From Phenylobacterium sp. (GTDB taxonomy: Bacteria > Pseudomonadota > Alphaproteobacteria > Caulobacterales > Caulobacteraceae): a stretch of 54,273 bases of DNA. Positions 17,466-27,558 of the stretch are shown here, piece by piece. The stretch is taken from positions 1 to 54,273 of the forward strand of contig DASRRU010000108.1 in assembly GCA_035656795.1 (NCBI GenBank), written 5' to 3'. The translations under genes and the position numbers were made by a program. The notes beneath the pieces were generated by a model. That model was given only the letters and a program-made list of their open reading frames with translations. It was not told the DNA's origin and did no database searches. The first letter of the stretch is position 1; the number at the start of each line of letters is the position of its first letter.

Positions 17466-18293
17466 TCAGCCCTTCCGGCTTTCCGACAGCATCTTCAGCA
17501 TCTCGCTGGTGAACAGCGAGCCGGTCAGGCGCGCGCCGACGCCCATTTCGGCGGTCGACTGGCTGCCGCGCAGGATCAGCGACATCAACTGCTCCTGCTG
17601 CAGCTGGTGGTCGGCGGCGCGGGCGGACGCGTACTGGATGAAGCCGCCGTCCGGTGAGGCCGCGGGCGCCGCGGGCTCGATCGGCTGGCCGGAGCCCGCG
17701 GTCTTGGTCAGGTTGGCATAGACTTGGCCCACGGTCGCGGCCTGGCCGCCCGGATAGAAGATCGCCTTGTTGGCGTGGGCGGCGTCGGGGAAAAGGTGGG
17801 CGGCGGTGGCGCCCGGCTGGCGTTCGGCCGCCTCGATCAGCTTGGCCGAGCCCTGAGGGCCCAGGAAATGGGCCGCGTAGAGATCCCCCGCCGTGGGCGC
17901 GCGCCCGATTCGGCCCTTCAGATAGGCCGCCGAGTCGGAGGTCATCTCGCCGGCCATCAGCGAGGCGGCGTGCGGGTCGAGCCGCAGGTCCATCACCGCC
18001 CGGTGCGCGTCGGCCCCGGCCACGTGATAGCGGCCGTCGGAGCCCTTATCGATCAGGTCGGCGTAGCGGGCGTAGCCATGCTTGGCGCCGTGCTGCTTGA
18101 GGGTGGAGAGCCAGGTCTGCTCGACGAACTGGAACAGGCCCGCGGCGGACGAGGCGCCGGACTTGGCGGCCGGGTTCATGCCGCTCTCGCGGCCGGCGGT
18201 CTTCATCAGGAACGAGAAGTCGACTCCCGTCGACTGGGCGGCGCGCTGGATCGCCGACTCAACGACGCTGCGGATTCCCTCGATCGCGGCCAT
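17466..18293 (-). CDS. pleA: SLT-domain lytic transglycosylase, PleA-like
   Basis: RESGMNPAA, AAGLFQF, LYAAHFLG. Upstream CtrA-like box and nearby DUF2336 gene match my recollection of Caulobacter pleA context; orthology unverified. Confidence 0.6.
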   Translation of the reverse strand: MAAIEGIRSVVESAIQRAAQSTGVDFSFLMKTAGRESGMNPAAKSGASSAAGLFQFVEQTWLSTLKQHGAKHGYARYADLIDKGSDGRYHVAGADAHRAVMDLRLDPHAASLMAGEMTSDSAAYLKGRIGRAPTAGDLYAAHFLGPQGSAKLIEAAERQPGATAAHLFPDAAHANKAIFYPGGQAATVGQVYANLTKTAGSGQPIEPAAPAASPDGGFIQYASARAADHQLQQEQLMSLILRGSQSTAEMGVGARLTGSLFTSEMLKMLSESRKG

Positions 18294-18318
18294 GGACCGG
18301 AGTCCTGAACCATCGTGG

Positions 18319-18333
18319 TTAATGCGCCGCTAA
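18319..18333. promoter_or_regulatory. CtrA-like binding site
   Basis: TTAA-TGCGCCG-CTAA, within the near-palindrome ATCGTGGTTA...TAACCATGAT. Confidence 0.55.
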
Positions 18334-18359
18334 CCATGATGAAGAGAGCGCCCATCCCC

Positions 18360-19784
18360 TCAGGGGCCGGCGACCCGCTTCGCCATCTGGTCGCGGCCGT
18401 TCTGGTGCAGAGTCACGGCCACCGCCGCACCTGTGGGCGGCAGATCGAAGCTGAGCTGGGCGTCGACCACCTTCAAGAAGAAGTCGGTGCGGCTTTCCGG
18501 GAAGATCTCGACCGACGGCTGGCCGGTAAGCTGGGTGAACAGACGATCGCCGTCGCGCGTGACCGTCAGGATCGCCTGGAGCGCGAACTGGTAGCGGCCC
18601 ACATAGACATCGAGGGTCTTGGGGTCGAGCATGATGGCGTGATGCTCGGACGGCGGCTTTTGCGGCGCCTGCAGCGGAACGCCCGCGAGAATGTGGAAGC
18701 CGATGTCGTCGCCGCCCGTCACGGTGGCGGCGTTGGTCAGGACAACGACGCCGACGCCGGCCTTCGCGTCGACGCCCATGAAGGTGCGATAGCCGCCGGT
18801 GCCACCGTTGTGCCAGACGATCTCGTCCTTCCCGGGCCGTGAAAGAATGTGCCAGCCGAGCGCGACACTGAGGTTGGGCGACCCTGACGGACGCCGTGGT
18901 TCGATCTGGGCCTGCATGGCCGCCGCGAGTGGGGTCTTCACATAGCCGAGTTCAGCGGCAAGGAACGTCAGCATGTCGTTGGCGTCGGAGCGCAAGGCGC
19001 CGGCCCCAGCGAGCGTCGGCAGGTCCCAGTTGGCCGTGGGCTCCAGGGTCGCGGTGTGCCCCTCGGCGAGCCGCGCCTTCTCGCTCGGCGAAAGGGTTAT
19101 CGTCGTGTCAGCCATGCCGAGCGGACCTGTGATCCGCCGCTTCACCAAAGCCTCGTAGTCGAGGCCCGCGCGCCGCGACAGCGCCTGTCCCAGCAGTCCG
19201 CCGCCAAGGTTCGAATACTCGTATTGGGCGCCGATATCCCTGGGCAGGGTGTAACCGCCGAGGAACGCGTAGAGCTGGTCGATGGTGTAGTCGGCGTACG
19301 GGTTAGACGGGTCCTTGGGCCTGAAGTTGTCGGGCATGCGCGGGAGCCCGGAGGTGTGGGTAGCGAGGTCGATTAGGGTGATTTTCCTGCCGCCGCGCTC
19401 GGGGACCTTCGTTCCCGGCGGCAGGAACTTGGCAACGGGATCGTCGAGCTTCACCTCGCCGCTCTCGATCATCTCCGACAGGACGAGCGAGGTGAACACC
19501 TTGGTCATCGAGCCGATCTCGAACATGGTCTGGCCGTTCAGCGGCCGCGGATCGCCCTTGTCGCTCACGCCATAGGCCACGATGCGGCGGCCCCGCGCGT
19601 CGATCACGCCCACCACGATGCCGACGCCGCGGTGCTCGGCGTCGATGCGTTGGGCGAGGATGCCGCGGATCTTCGCGTCGCTCGGCGTGACCCACGCGGC
19701 GGCCGCCGGCGATGGCGCCGAAGCCGGCGGCGCACCGGTCACGATCAGCAGCCCCGATGCGATAGCGGCCAACAGTTCGCGCAT
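18360..19784 (-). CDS. Serine hydrolase (beta-lactamase class C/AmpH-like) with C-terminal DUF3471-like domain
   Basis: FEIGSMTK (SxxK), THTSGLP, YEYSN, WHNGGTGG; signal peptide. Confidence 0.9.
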   Translation of the reverse strand: MRELLAAIASGLLIVTGAPPASAPSPAAAAWVTPSDAKIRGILAQRIDAEHRGVGIVVGVIDARGRRIVAYGVSDKGDPRPLNGQTMFEIGSMTKVFTSLVLSEMIESGEVKLDDPVAKFLPPGTKVPERGGRKITLIDLATHTSGLPRMPDNFRPKDPSNPYADYTIDQLYAFLGGYTLPRDIGAQYEYSNLGGGLLGQALSRRAGLDYEALVKRRITGPLGMADTTITLSPSEKARLAEGHTATLEPTANWDLPTLAGAGALRSDANDMLTFLAAELGYVKTPLAAAMQAQIEPRRPSGSPNLSVALGWHILSRPGKDEIVWHNGGTGGYRTFMGVDAKAGVGVVVLTNAATVTGGDDIGFHILAGVPLQAPQKPPSEHHAIMLDPKTLDVYVGRYQFALQAILTVTRDGDRLFTQLTGQPSVEIFPESRTDFFLKVVDAQLSFDLPPTGAAVAVTLHQNGRDQMAKRVAGP

Positions 19785-19981
19785 CCGAAACCCCCCAGGA
19801 TTTTCGCCATCATCGCCTAATCCCGCCCGATTGCATCGATTTCATCGATCTGGCTCCGCCGAGGAAGGGGAGCGGCGGCCGTCGCGCAGCGTTCGTCCTG
19901 TCCGGAGCCTGCGTCCACCCGTCGTCCCCGCCCGGTCTGCAGAGATAGTCCGACGGACGGGGGAAAACTTACAGGCGGGCG

Positions 19982-21412
19982 TTACTTCTTCTGGTCGTCC
20001 GGCTTCTTGTCCGCCTTAGCCGAAGCCTGGGCGGCGTGCTGCGCAGCGGCCTGCGCCTGCTGGGCGACGGCCTGGGCGTGCTGGGCGCCAGCCTGGGCCT
20101 GCTGCGCCGCAGCCTGGTGCTGCTGGGCTGCCGCTTGAGCCTGCGCCTGGCGCTGTTGAGCCTGGGCCTGCTGGGCCTGGGCCTGGGCCTGGGCTTGCTG
20201 CTGGGCCTGGGCCTGCTGTTGACGCTGGCCCTGAGCCTGGGCTGCGGCCTGCGCCTGTTGCTGGCGCTGGGCCTGACCTCGGGCCTGGTTGGCGGCGTCG
20301 GCCTGAGCCCGCTGCTGCTCGCGGGCCTGACCCTGAGCCTGGGCCGCGGCCTGCGCCTGTTGCTGGCGCTGGGCCTGGTCTCGGGCCTGGTTGGCGCCGT
20401 CGGCCTGAGCCCGCTGTTGATCGCGGGCCTGGCCTTGGGCCTGAGCCGTGGCTTGCGCCTGCTGTTGGCGTTGGGCCTGGCCTCGGACCTGGTTGGCGGC
20501 GTCGGCTCGCGTTTGCGGCTGGTCACGGCCCGGCAAGGCGCCGGGCGGCGGCCCCGCGCGATCCTGGGCGAACTCGGGACGTTGACCAGTGGGCGACGGA
20601 CCGCGCGGCGGAGGCGCAGGCGGCGCCGCGGCGATCAGGGGCGCTGTGCGCTGGGCATAGGCCTGGCGCTGGGTGCGCTCCTGCTGGAACGAAGACGCCT
20701 GCTGCGGCTGCTGAACCTGCACATGCTGATCGTGGAAGCGGCGCCAGTCCGGGTTGCTCTGCTGCTGCGCGCCCCAGCGCTGCTGGGCGGCCAGCACATC
20801 GTCGCGATGCGCGCGCCAGTCGGCGGCGTAGGCCCCCTGGCGCTGCTCGTGGATCGCAGCGTCGTGGAGCCGATGGGCGCGGAACAGATAGCGGGCGGCT
20901 AGGTCGACCAGGCTCGGACCGTAGTTCGGATAGGGCCGCCCGTAGCTGTCGTAGACCTCGACCAGCGCGCCACTGTCATAGGCGTAGGAATAGTCGTGGT
21001 CGCGGACCAGGAACGGATAGTCGCTGCCGGCGTGGTAGAAGTATTCGCGCTCGCCATAGGGAGTCTGCTCGACGACCCGGTAGTCGCCGCCGCTGGAGCG
21101 CCACACCCAGGGCTGTTCGCCCTCGTAGGCGACCGTGTAGTCCGGCGGGCTGTCAGCGAACGTGTCGCCCAGGTCGTAGGCGTCATCGATATAGCTGTAG
21201 GCCGCCCGGCGCGGGGCGGAGGCGCGGGTGATCGGCGGCGCCGGCGGCAACTCGTCGGCCGAGGGCGCGGTGACCTCGGGCGGCGGGGCGGATTCAGCCA
21301 GCGGCAGGCTGGCGATCGGCGCACCGGTGACAGGAGGGGCGGATTGCTGGTTGCACGCGGCGAGCATCAGGCTCGTGGCGGCGGCGGTCAGGAGAAGGCG
21401 GCGACAGGACAT
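19982..21412 (-). CDS. Putative lipoprotein with Tyr-rich domain and Gln/Ala-rich repeat tail
   Basis: Lipobox LAAC, Pro-rich linker, aromatic-rich core, long QA-rich C-terminus. Confidence 0.8.
   Translation of the reverse strand: MSCRRLLLTAAATSLMLAACNQQSAPPVTGAPIASLPLAESAPPPEVTAPSADELPPAPPITRASAPRRAAYSYIDDAYDLGDTFADSPPDYTVAYEGEQPWVWRSSGGDYRVVEQTPYGEREYFYHAGSDYPFLVRDHDYSYAYDSGALVEVYDSYGRPYPNYGPSLVDLAARYLFRAHRLHDAAIHEQRQGAYAADWRAHRDDVLAAQQRWGAQQQSNPDWRRFHDQHVQVQQPQQASSFQQERTQRQAYAQRTAPLIAAAPPAPPPRGPSPTGQRPEFAQDRAGPPPGALPGRDQPQTRADAANQVRGQAQRQQQAQATAQAQGQARDQQRAQADGANQARDQAQRQQQAQAAAQAQGQAREQQRAQADAANQARGQAQRQQQAQAAAQAQGQRQQQAQAQQQAQAQAQAQQAQAQQRQAQAQAAAQQHQAAAQQAQAGAQHAQAVAQQAQAAAQHAAQASAKADKKPDDQKK
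20225..20506 (-). repeat. 102-bp (34-aa) coding tandem repeat, about 2.8 copies
   Basis: GTCGGC anchors at 20297, 20399 and 20501; unit [34 protein letters not shown]. Confidence 0.85.
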
Positions 21413-21533
21413 CTACTACAAACCCCGCAAAAGCTTCGCTGTTCCGAATTTGCCTTCCGCAACCTGACTCGTCGAACATGAACCGCGCCGGAACGTGGCC
21501 TTCACGAGACTGCGATGCAGCAAACGCAAGCCC

Positions 21534-21573
21534 TTGACGATCACATTCACGAGCGTAATTTATTACAGTCGTG
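21534..21573 (+). promoter_or_regulatory. Promoter with overlapping palindromic operator
   Basis: TTGACG -35 at 21534; inverted repeat CACGA-gc-GTAAT-tt-ATTAC-ag-TCGTG (21548-21573) covers the -10 region. Confidence 0.6.
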
Positions 21574-21593
21574 ATATTCCAACGGAGTGCGCC

Positions 21594-22289
21594 ATGGTCA
21601 TCCGTCAAGCCGTCCCGCTGGGCTTTGAGCCAGGCAAGAGCCAGCCTCGCCTGCCGCCCCACGTCCGCGGCGCCGTCGCCGCCTCCGTCGGCCTGCATCT
21701 CGTCGCCGTGCTCTACCTCGCCTACGCCAGGTTCAATCCGCCCGCGCCGGCGGTCGAGACGCCGGATGAGGTCTTCTCGGGCGCGATCGTCACCTTGCAG
21801 CCAACCCATCCGAAGCTCGCGCCGCAGCCACCGCCACCGTTGAAGCTTCATCAGACGCTTATCCCGCAGGATCCGCCGATCCAGCCGCTGCCAACCAAGC
21901 CGGTCCAGATCGACACGCCACCCGTCTTCAAGCTGGTCGAGACGATCCTGCAGACGGCAGGGGCGATCAGCGATCCGCCCCAGCCGCTGTCGCACACCAT
22001 CGGCAATCCCAGCTGGCTCCGGAAGCCCACCGGCGAGGAGATGGCCGGCGTCTATCCAGACGCCGCGCTGCGGCGGGATCTCAGCGGCTCGGCGACCCTC
22101 GTCTGCACGGTGGCCGCCGCCGGTACGGTCCACGACTGCCGCGTGGGCGCCGAGACACCGGCCGCAGCAGGCTTCGGGCCCGCGGCCCAGAAGCTCGCCC
22201 GCTACTTCCGCATGAGCCCCCAGACCCTCGACGGCCAGGCGGTTGACGGCGCCACCGTCAACATTCCGATCCGCTTCAGCCTGCGCTGA
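21594..22289 (+). CDS. TonB-family protein (TonB C-terminal domain)
   Basis: N-terminal TM helix with SVGLH, Pro-rich linker, [18 protein letters not shown]...FGPAA...VNIPIRF; GGAG RBS. Confidence 0.85.
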   Translation: MVIRQAVPLGFEPGKSQPRLPPHVRGAVAASVGLHLVAVLYLAYARFNPPAPAVETPDEVFSGAIVTLQPTHPKLAPQPPPPLKLHQTLIPQDPPIQPLPTKPVQIDTPPVFKLVETILQTAGAISDPPQPLSHTIGNPSWLRKPTGEEMAGVYPDAALRRDLSGSATLVCTVAAAGTVHDCRVGAETPAAAGFGPAAQKLARYFRMSPQTLDGQAVDGATVNIPIRFSLR

Positions 22290-22312
22290 TCGGGACCCGG
22301 CTGGGCGCTTCC

Positions 22313-24445
22313 CTACTTCCCAGGGGAAGCGCCCAGTTTGCGCGTCAGGTACTCGGCCGTCGCGGTGTCCGCCTTCAGCCAGGACGTGTAGCGCAGGAAG
22401 CCGTGGATCTCGTCGGGGATCACCATCTGCTCGAAGTCCACGCCCTTGGCCTCCAGCCGCCGCGCCAGGTCGATCATCTCGGCGAAGTGGACGTTGCGGT
22501 CGTCGTCGCCCTGGATCAGCAGCACCGGCGAGGTCCAGGTGGCGATGTCGGCGACCGGCGAGGCCTTGAAGGCGACGGCCAACGCCTCCGCCAGATCGCC
22601 CTTTTCGTAGCGGTCTGTCCGCGCGCCATATTGGCGGGCGACGGTGCGCGACCAGTCGTGCACGCCATGGAAGTCGACCCCGGCCTTGAAGATGTCGGAG
22701 TTGCGCGCCAGCGCCAGCGCCGTCAGCAGGCCGCCGTAGGAGCCCCCCCAGATGCCGATCCGCTTGGGGTCCACGCCTGGCGTCTGTTGCAGGAAGCCGC
22801 CGGCCGCGGCGACGTCCTGGTACTCCGACGAACCGAGCGCGCCGCCCTTCGGCCAGTGCTGGAAGTCCCAGCCATAGCCGATGCCCAGGCGATAGTTCAC
22901 CGAGAGCACGGTGAACCCGTGGGCGGCCATGTACTGGTTCATCGCGTAGGAGTTCGAATAGTAGTCCATGTAGGACCAGCCCAGCATCATCTGCCGGAAC
23001 GAGCCGCCGTGGACGAAGATCACCCCGGGCGTGTTCTTGGCGCCCCGGGCCTGGAAGAGCTGGCCCTCGATGGTCAGGCCATCCGGCGCCTTCCAGCTCA
23101 CCTTCCTGGGCGTCACGAATTTTGCGCCGGCGAATTCCGCGGGCGGCGCCTGACCGGCGAGTTCATGGCGCCCCGAGCCGTTGGCCGCCATCACGTCCAC
23201 CACCGGCGGGTTCTTCGCATCGGCCCCGATGAAGGCGACGCCGCTCGACAGGGCCGCGGGGCTCCATTCCAGGGCCGAGCCGCTGCTCAGGGCGACGGGC
23301 GCGCCGCCGTCGATCGCGACGCGGTAGAGGTGACGGCGCTGGTTGTCGTCGGGATCCTTGCCGGTGTTGGCGGAATAGATAACCGACTTGCCGTCGCGGC
23401 CCATGGCGATGTGCTCGACCATGAAGGCGCCGGGAGTGAGCAGCTTCGCTTCGCCGCCGGCCGCTGGGATCGAATAGAGGTGCGGCCAGTTGTCGGCCTC
23501 CGACAGGAAGACCAGCTTGCCGCTCGGCGACCAGGCCAGGTTCGCCTGGCCAGCGACGTCCGGATAGGAGCCGTGCAGGTCCTCGCCGCTCTTCCAGACC
23601 CGCTTGCCTGATCCCGTCGCGGCGTCGGCCGTCCAGATCGCCCAGGGGCGAGGCTGACGCACCAGCAGCGATTGCGGCGCCCCGCCGCGGCCCGGCTCGC
23701 GGGTGAAGGCCACGGACCTGCCGTCCGGCGACCAGACGGGTTCACGGTCGATCCCTGTCGAGGGCGCGAGCCATTCGATGGGCTGCTCGGCCCCGGAATA
23801 GAGGCCGACGAAGGCGTGGTCGCCGTCGCGCATGGACGAAAACGCCAGCTTCGTCCCGTCCGGCGACCATGTGAGCTGGCTGTCCTTGCCACGGTCGAAG
23901 AACAGCTTCTTGGCGCCCGTCCCGTCGAGCTTGGCGGTCCAGACCGCGCCGTCCTTGAGATAGGCCAGGTCGCCCTTTGACGAGATCGCCGGCGCATCGC
24001 CCTCGACGATCTTGGCCGCGGGCTTTGCGCCCGTGGGGTCGGCCAGCCACAGCGTCACCTTCGGCTCCTCGGCGGACAGCGCCGGGTCCGGCGAAAGGTT
24101 GCCCACGGCCGGCCAGTTGCCGTCATGATCGCCGCCACGCACGAAGATCAGGATCTTGCCGTCCGGCGAGAAGGTGAGCTGGGTCAGCTCCTGTCCATCG
24201 TCGGCGGTGAAGTGAGTCACCTGCTTGGGCGTGAAGTCCGGCCCTTCCGCCGACCAGACGTTGCGCACGCCCTTGACGTCGCGCACCCAGGCGATGCGGT
24301 CGGCGTGCTCGGCGCTCACCAGGCCGACGGTGAAGGGATAGGCCAGCGCGTCCGCCACGCTGAAGCTGTCCGCCGCATGGGCCACGCCGCCCGCCCAGAG
24401 CGCCGCCACCGAAGCCGCGCCCACCAGAAGACCCTTGATACGCAT
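22313..24445 (-). CDS. S9 family (prolyl oligopeptidase/dipeptidyl peptidase) peptidase
   Basis: Signal peptide, WSPDG beta-propeller repeats, VHGG, GIWGGSYGG, QGDDDRNV, DEIHGF. Confidence 0.92.
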   Translation of the reverse strand: MRIKGLLVGAASVAALWAGGVAHAADSFSVADALAYPFTVGLVSAEHADRIAWVRDVKGVRNVWSAEGPDFTPKQVTHFTADDGQELTQLTFSPDGKILIFVRGGDHDGNWPAVGNLSPDPALSAEEPKVTLWLADPTGAKPAAKIVEGDAPAISSKGDLAYLKDGAVWTAKLDGTGAKKLFFDRGKDSQLTWSPDGTKLAFSSMRDGDHAFVGLYSGAEQPIEWLAPSTGIDREPVWSPDGRSVAFTREPGRGGAPQSLLVRQPRPWAIWTADAATGSGKRVWKSGEDLHGSYPDVAGQANLAWSPSGKLVFLSEADNWPHLYSIPAAGGEAKLLTPGAFMVEHIAMGRDGKSVIYSANTGKDPDDNQRRHLYRVAIDGGAPVALSSGSALEWSPAALSSGVAFIGADAKNPPVVDVMAANGSGRHELAGQAPPAEFAGAKFVTPRKVSWKAPDGLTIEGQLFQARGAKNTPGVIFVHGGSFRQMMLGWSYMDYYSNSYAMNQYMAAHGFTVLSVNYRLGIGYGWDFQHWPKGGALGSSEYQDVAAAGGFLQQTPGVDPKRIGIWGGSYGGLLTALALARNSDIFKAGVDFHGVHDWSRTVARQYGARTDRYEKGDLAEALAVAFKASPVADIATWTSPVLLIQGDDDRNVHFAEMIDLARRLEAKGVDFEQMVIPDEIHGFLRYTSWLKADTATAEYLTRKLGASPGK

Positions 24446-24468
24446 ACGCTCCCCCGTTTTGACTAAAC

Positions 24469-25638
24469 TCAGTAGCTCTTGGCCTGCCCCAGCACGCGCT
24501 CGGCGATGTAGTTGAAGACCATCTCGCGGCTGATCGGCGCCAGCCGCGCGATCATGGATTCGCGGAAATATCGCTCGACGTCGAACTCCTTCGCGTAGCC
24601 CATGCCACCCAGAGTGAATACGGCTGTTTCGCAGGCGTGGAACCCGGCCTCGCCGCCCAGAAATTTGGCGGCGTTGGCCTCCGCCCCGCAGTCGCGGCCT
24701 TCATCAAACAGGGCCGCGGCCTTGAAGGCCATCAGATTCGCCGCCTCCAGCTCCATCCAGGCCCGCGCCAGAGGGTGCGCGACGCCCTGGTTCATGCCGA
24801 TCGGCCGGTCGAAGACGATCCGCGCCTTGGCGTAGGCCGACGCCTTGTTCAGCGCCGCGCGGCCCAGGCCCACGGCCTCCGCGCCGAACAGCACCCGCTC
24901 GGGGTTCAGCCCCTCCAGCAGGTAGTAGAAGCCGCGCCCCTCCTCGCCCACCAGATCCTCGGCGGGCACGGGCAGGTTGTCGATAAACACCGAGTTCGAC
25001 TCCACCGCCTTGCGGCCCATCTTCGGGATCGGTGTGGCCGTGATCCGGGCCCTGTCGAAGTCGGTGTAGAACAGACTGAGGCCCTCGGTGGCCTTCTTCA
25101 CCTCGGCGCGCGGGGTGGTGCGCGCGATGATCAGGATCTTGTTCGCCCGTTGGGCCGACGTCGTCCACACCTTGCGGCCCGAGAGCAGATAGCCGTCATT
25201 GGTGCGGGTGGCCTTGGTGGTCAGGCTCGTGGTGTTGAGGCCGGCGTCCGGCTCGGTGATGCCGATGCAGAGCTTGTCCTCGCCGCTGATCAGCCGCGGG
25301 ATGGCGCGCGCCTTCAGGGCCTCGGAGCCGAACTTCGCGACCGGCATGGGCCCGAATATGTTGAGGTGCAGAGCGCTGGAGCCGGAGAATCCCGCGCCGC
25401 TCTCGGTCACCGCCTGCATGGCGATGGCGGCCTCCGTCAGGCCCAGCCCCGAACCGCCCAGCGCCGTCGGCATGGCCGCGCCCAGCCAGCCGGCCCCAGC
25501 CATCTCCGCGACGAAGTCCTCCGGGAACCGGCCGGTTTCGTCGGTGCGCCGCCAGTACTCGGCGTCAAAGCGGGCGCAGAGCCGCAGGACCCCTTCGCGG
25601 ATCGCCTGCTGCTCGTCGGTGAAGCCCAAGGCCGTCAT
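24469..25638 (-). CDS. Acyl-CoA dehydrogenase
   Basis: ITEPDAG, GRKVWTT, LNPER, GGMGYAKEFDVERYFRE. Confidence 0.93.
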   Translation of the reverse strand: MTALGFTDEQQAIREGVLRLCARFDAEYWRRTDETGRFPEDFVAEMAGAGWLGAAMPTALGGSGLGLTEAAIAMQAVTESGAGFSGSSALHLNIFGPMPVAKFGSEALKARAIPRLISGEDKLCIGITEPDAGLNTTSLTTKATRTNDGYLLSGRKVWTTSAQRANKILIIARTTPRAEVKKATEGLSLFYTDFDRARITATPIPKMGRKAVESNSVFIDNLPVPAEDLVGEEGRGFYYLLEGLNPERVLFGAEAVGLGRAALNKASAYAKARIVFDRPIGMNQGVAHPLARAWMELEAANLMAFKAAALFDEGRDCGAEANAAKFLGGEAGFHACETAVFTLGGMGYAKEFDVERYFRESMIARLAPISREMVFNYIAERVLGQAKSY

Positions 25639-26681
25639 CTCACCTGCCCCTTGCCACGGTCGCCCGCGAATCTCTCCGGGTCCAGCCGCGCCGCATAGGG
25701 ACCAGCATCAGCCCCGATCACGCAAGCCGTCACGAGCCGTGCGACCAGCGGCGCCAGAAGCCAGCCGTTGCGCCGCGCGCCCACAGCCAGGATGACGCCC
25801 GGCGCCGCGGCAGGCCCCACCAGCGGCAGGCCGTCGGGCGTCGCGGCGCGAACCCCTGCGGAGATACTGAAATTCGCCCCCGCCAGCGCTGGAAACAGCC
25901 GCTCCGCCGCCGCGATCAGCGGCGCCAGGCTCGCAAGGTCCGCCTCGGTGTCCGTCCGCCCCGGCTCCATCGTAGCCCCGATGGCCAGGCCGTCCGTCCC
26001 GGAGACGGCATAGGCGCCCTCCCCGCGCAGGCTGACCCGAGCGCCGCAGCGATCGGCATAGCGCAGGATCTGGCCCTTGATCGGCGTGAGCGCCTGCAGC
26101 TCCGGCGCCAGGCCGGCGAGCCCTTGCCCGGCGCCAGTGGCGACCACCAGCCAGTCGGCGTCGCCGCGCCCGGTGACGGCCTCCGTCCGGAAGACCACGC
26201 CCGCCGCCTCGGCCGCTTGCCGCAGCGCATTGAGCGCCGCCCGCGGGTCGAGCCGCCAATCCTCGCGCGAAAGCACGCCTTCGGCATCCGCCGCCACTCC
26301 CGGTGCGAGGTCATCCAGCAGGGGCCGCGGCAGGTCGGCGCCGCTCAGCCCCAGCCGTGTCAGTCCGGCGCGCACACCCGCCAGCCAGGCCGGGGGGCCC
26401 ACGGCCACGGCCCCGGATCGGTCGATCTCAATCCCGGCCCGGCCGGCAAGCGCCGGCCACAAATTCCGCGCCGCAAGCAGCAGGTCGAGATCGACCGGCT
26501 CTCCGCCGTCCAGGACGGTCTCGAACACCGGCGCGAGCATCCCAGCGGCGACGGCCGAGGCCCGGGGTCCGCTCGCGGGATCGCACACCATCACGGTGCA
26601 GCCCGCGTCGGCCAGCACCAGCGCCGTGCTGAGTCCCAGCGCGCCCGCCCCCGCCACGATCACCTTTGCGCCGCGCGTCAT
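25635..26681 (-). CDS. FAD-dependent oxidoreductase (glycine oxidase ThiO/DAO-like)
   Basis: GAGALG, ASAVAAGMLAP, PIKGQ, GVRAATPDGLP, RNGWLLAP; ATGA overlap with the downstream gene. Confidence 0.88.
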   Translation of the reverse strand: MTRGAKVIVAGAGALGLSTALVLADAGCTVMVCDPASGPRASAVAAGMLAPVFETVLDGGEPVDLDLLLAARNLWPALAGRAGIEIDRSGAVAVGPPAWLAGVRAGLTRLGLSGADLPRPLLDDLAPGVAADAEGVLSREDWRLDPRAALNALRQAAEAAGVVFRTEAVTGRGDADWLVVATGAGQGLAGLAPELQALTPIKGQILRYADRCGARVSLRGEGAYAVSGTDGLAIGATMEPGRTDTEADLASLAPLIAAAERLFPALAGANFSISAGVRAATPDGLPLVGPAAAPGVILAVGARRNGWLLAPLVARLVTACVIGADAGPYAARLDPERFAGDRGKGQVR

Positions 26682-26765
26682 GGGCCTAACGAGCCATCCA
26701 GCCGATGAAAATCAAGCGGAACCCGCTCTGGCCGCGGAGCCGGCCAATCCGTAAAGCATGGGACC

Positions 26766-27554
26766 ATGACCTCCTACATCACAGTCCGGCGCGAAACGGG
26801 CGTCCGCGGCCGCGTCGCCATCGTCAGCATCGACAACCCGAAGAAGCTGAACAGCCTGTCGTCCGAAGTGATGGCGCAGTTCACCGAGGCCTTCGGCGAG
26901 CTGGCGGCGGACCCCGACCTGCGCGCGGTCGTGCTGACCGGCGGGGGCGACAAGGCCTTCATCGGCGGGGCCAATATCGACGAGATGGCCGAGCTCGTCT
27001 CGCCGGAGGCCGCGCGAGTCTTCATCCTGAAGGTGCACGGCTGCTGCCGGGCGATCCGCGACCTGGCCGTTCCAGTGATCGCCGCGGTCAACGGCTGGTG
27101 CCTGGGCGCCGGCCTGGAGATCGCCGCGGCTTGCGACATGCGGTTGGCGGCCGAGACCGCCGTCTTCGGCATGCCGGAGGTGAAGCTGGGCCTGCCCTCC
27201 GTGGTCGAGGCCGCGCTCTTGCCTTCGCTGATCGGCTGGGGCCGCACACGGCGCATCCTGATGACCGGCGAGACCTTCAGCGCCGCCGACGCCCTGGCCT
27301 GGGGCCTGGTGGAGGAGACCCATCCACCGGCCCTCCTGTTCGCGGCAGTCGAGGACCTGCTGGACAAGCTGCTGGAGGCCGAGCCGCGGGCCGTGCGTAT
27401 CCAGAAAGCGCTGATCCGCGCCTGGGAGGACCTGCCGGTCACAGGCGCCATCGCGGCGGGTGTCGACGCCTTCGAGCACGCCTGGACAACCGACGAGCCG
27501 GCCACCGCCATGGCCCGCTTCCTGGCCGAGCGGGCGGCCGCCAAGGGGCGCTGA
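26766..27554 (+). CDS. Enoyl-CoA hydratase/isomerase family protein
   Basis: KAFIGGAN, AVNGWCLGAGLE, FGMPEVKLG. Confidence 0.92.
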   Translation: MTSYITVRRETGVRGRVAIVSIDNPKKLNSLSSEVMAQFTEAFGELAADPDLRAVVLTGGGDKAFIGGANIDEMAELVSPEAARVFILKVHGCCRAIRDLAVPVIAAVNGWCLGAGLEIAAACDMRLAAETAVFGMPEVKLGLPSVVEAALLPSLIGWGRTRRILMTGETFSAADALAWGLVEETHPPALLFAAVEDLLDKLLEAEPRAVRIQKALIRAWEDLPVTGAIAAGVDAFEHAWTTDEPATAMARFLAERAAAKGR

Positions 27555-27558
27555 TTTC

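Noticed and set aside
20030-20506. Repetitive DNA as a possible CRISPR array
   Set aside because: Repeats are contiguous, in-frame and coding (Gln/Ala), with no unique spacers or cas genes.
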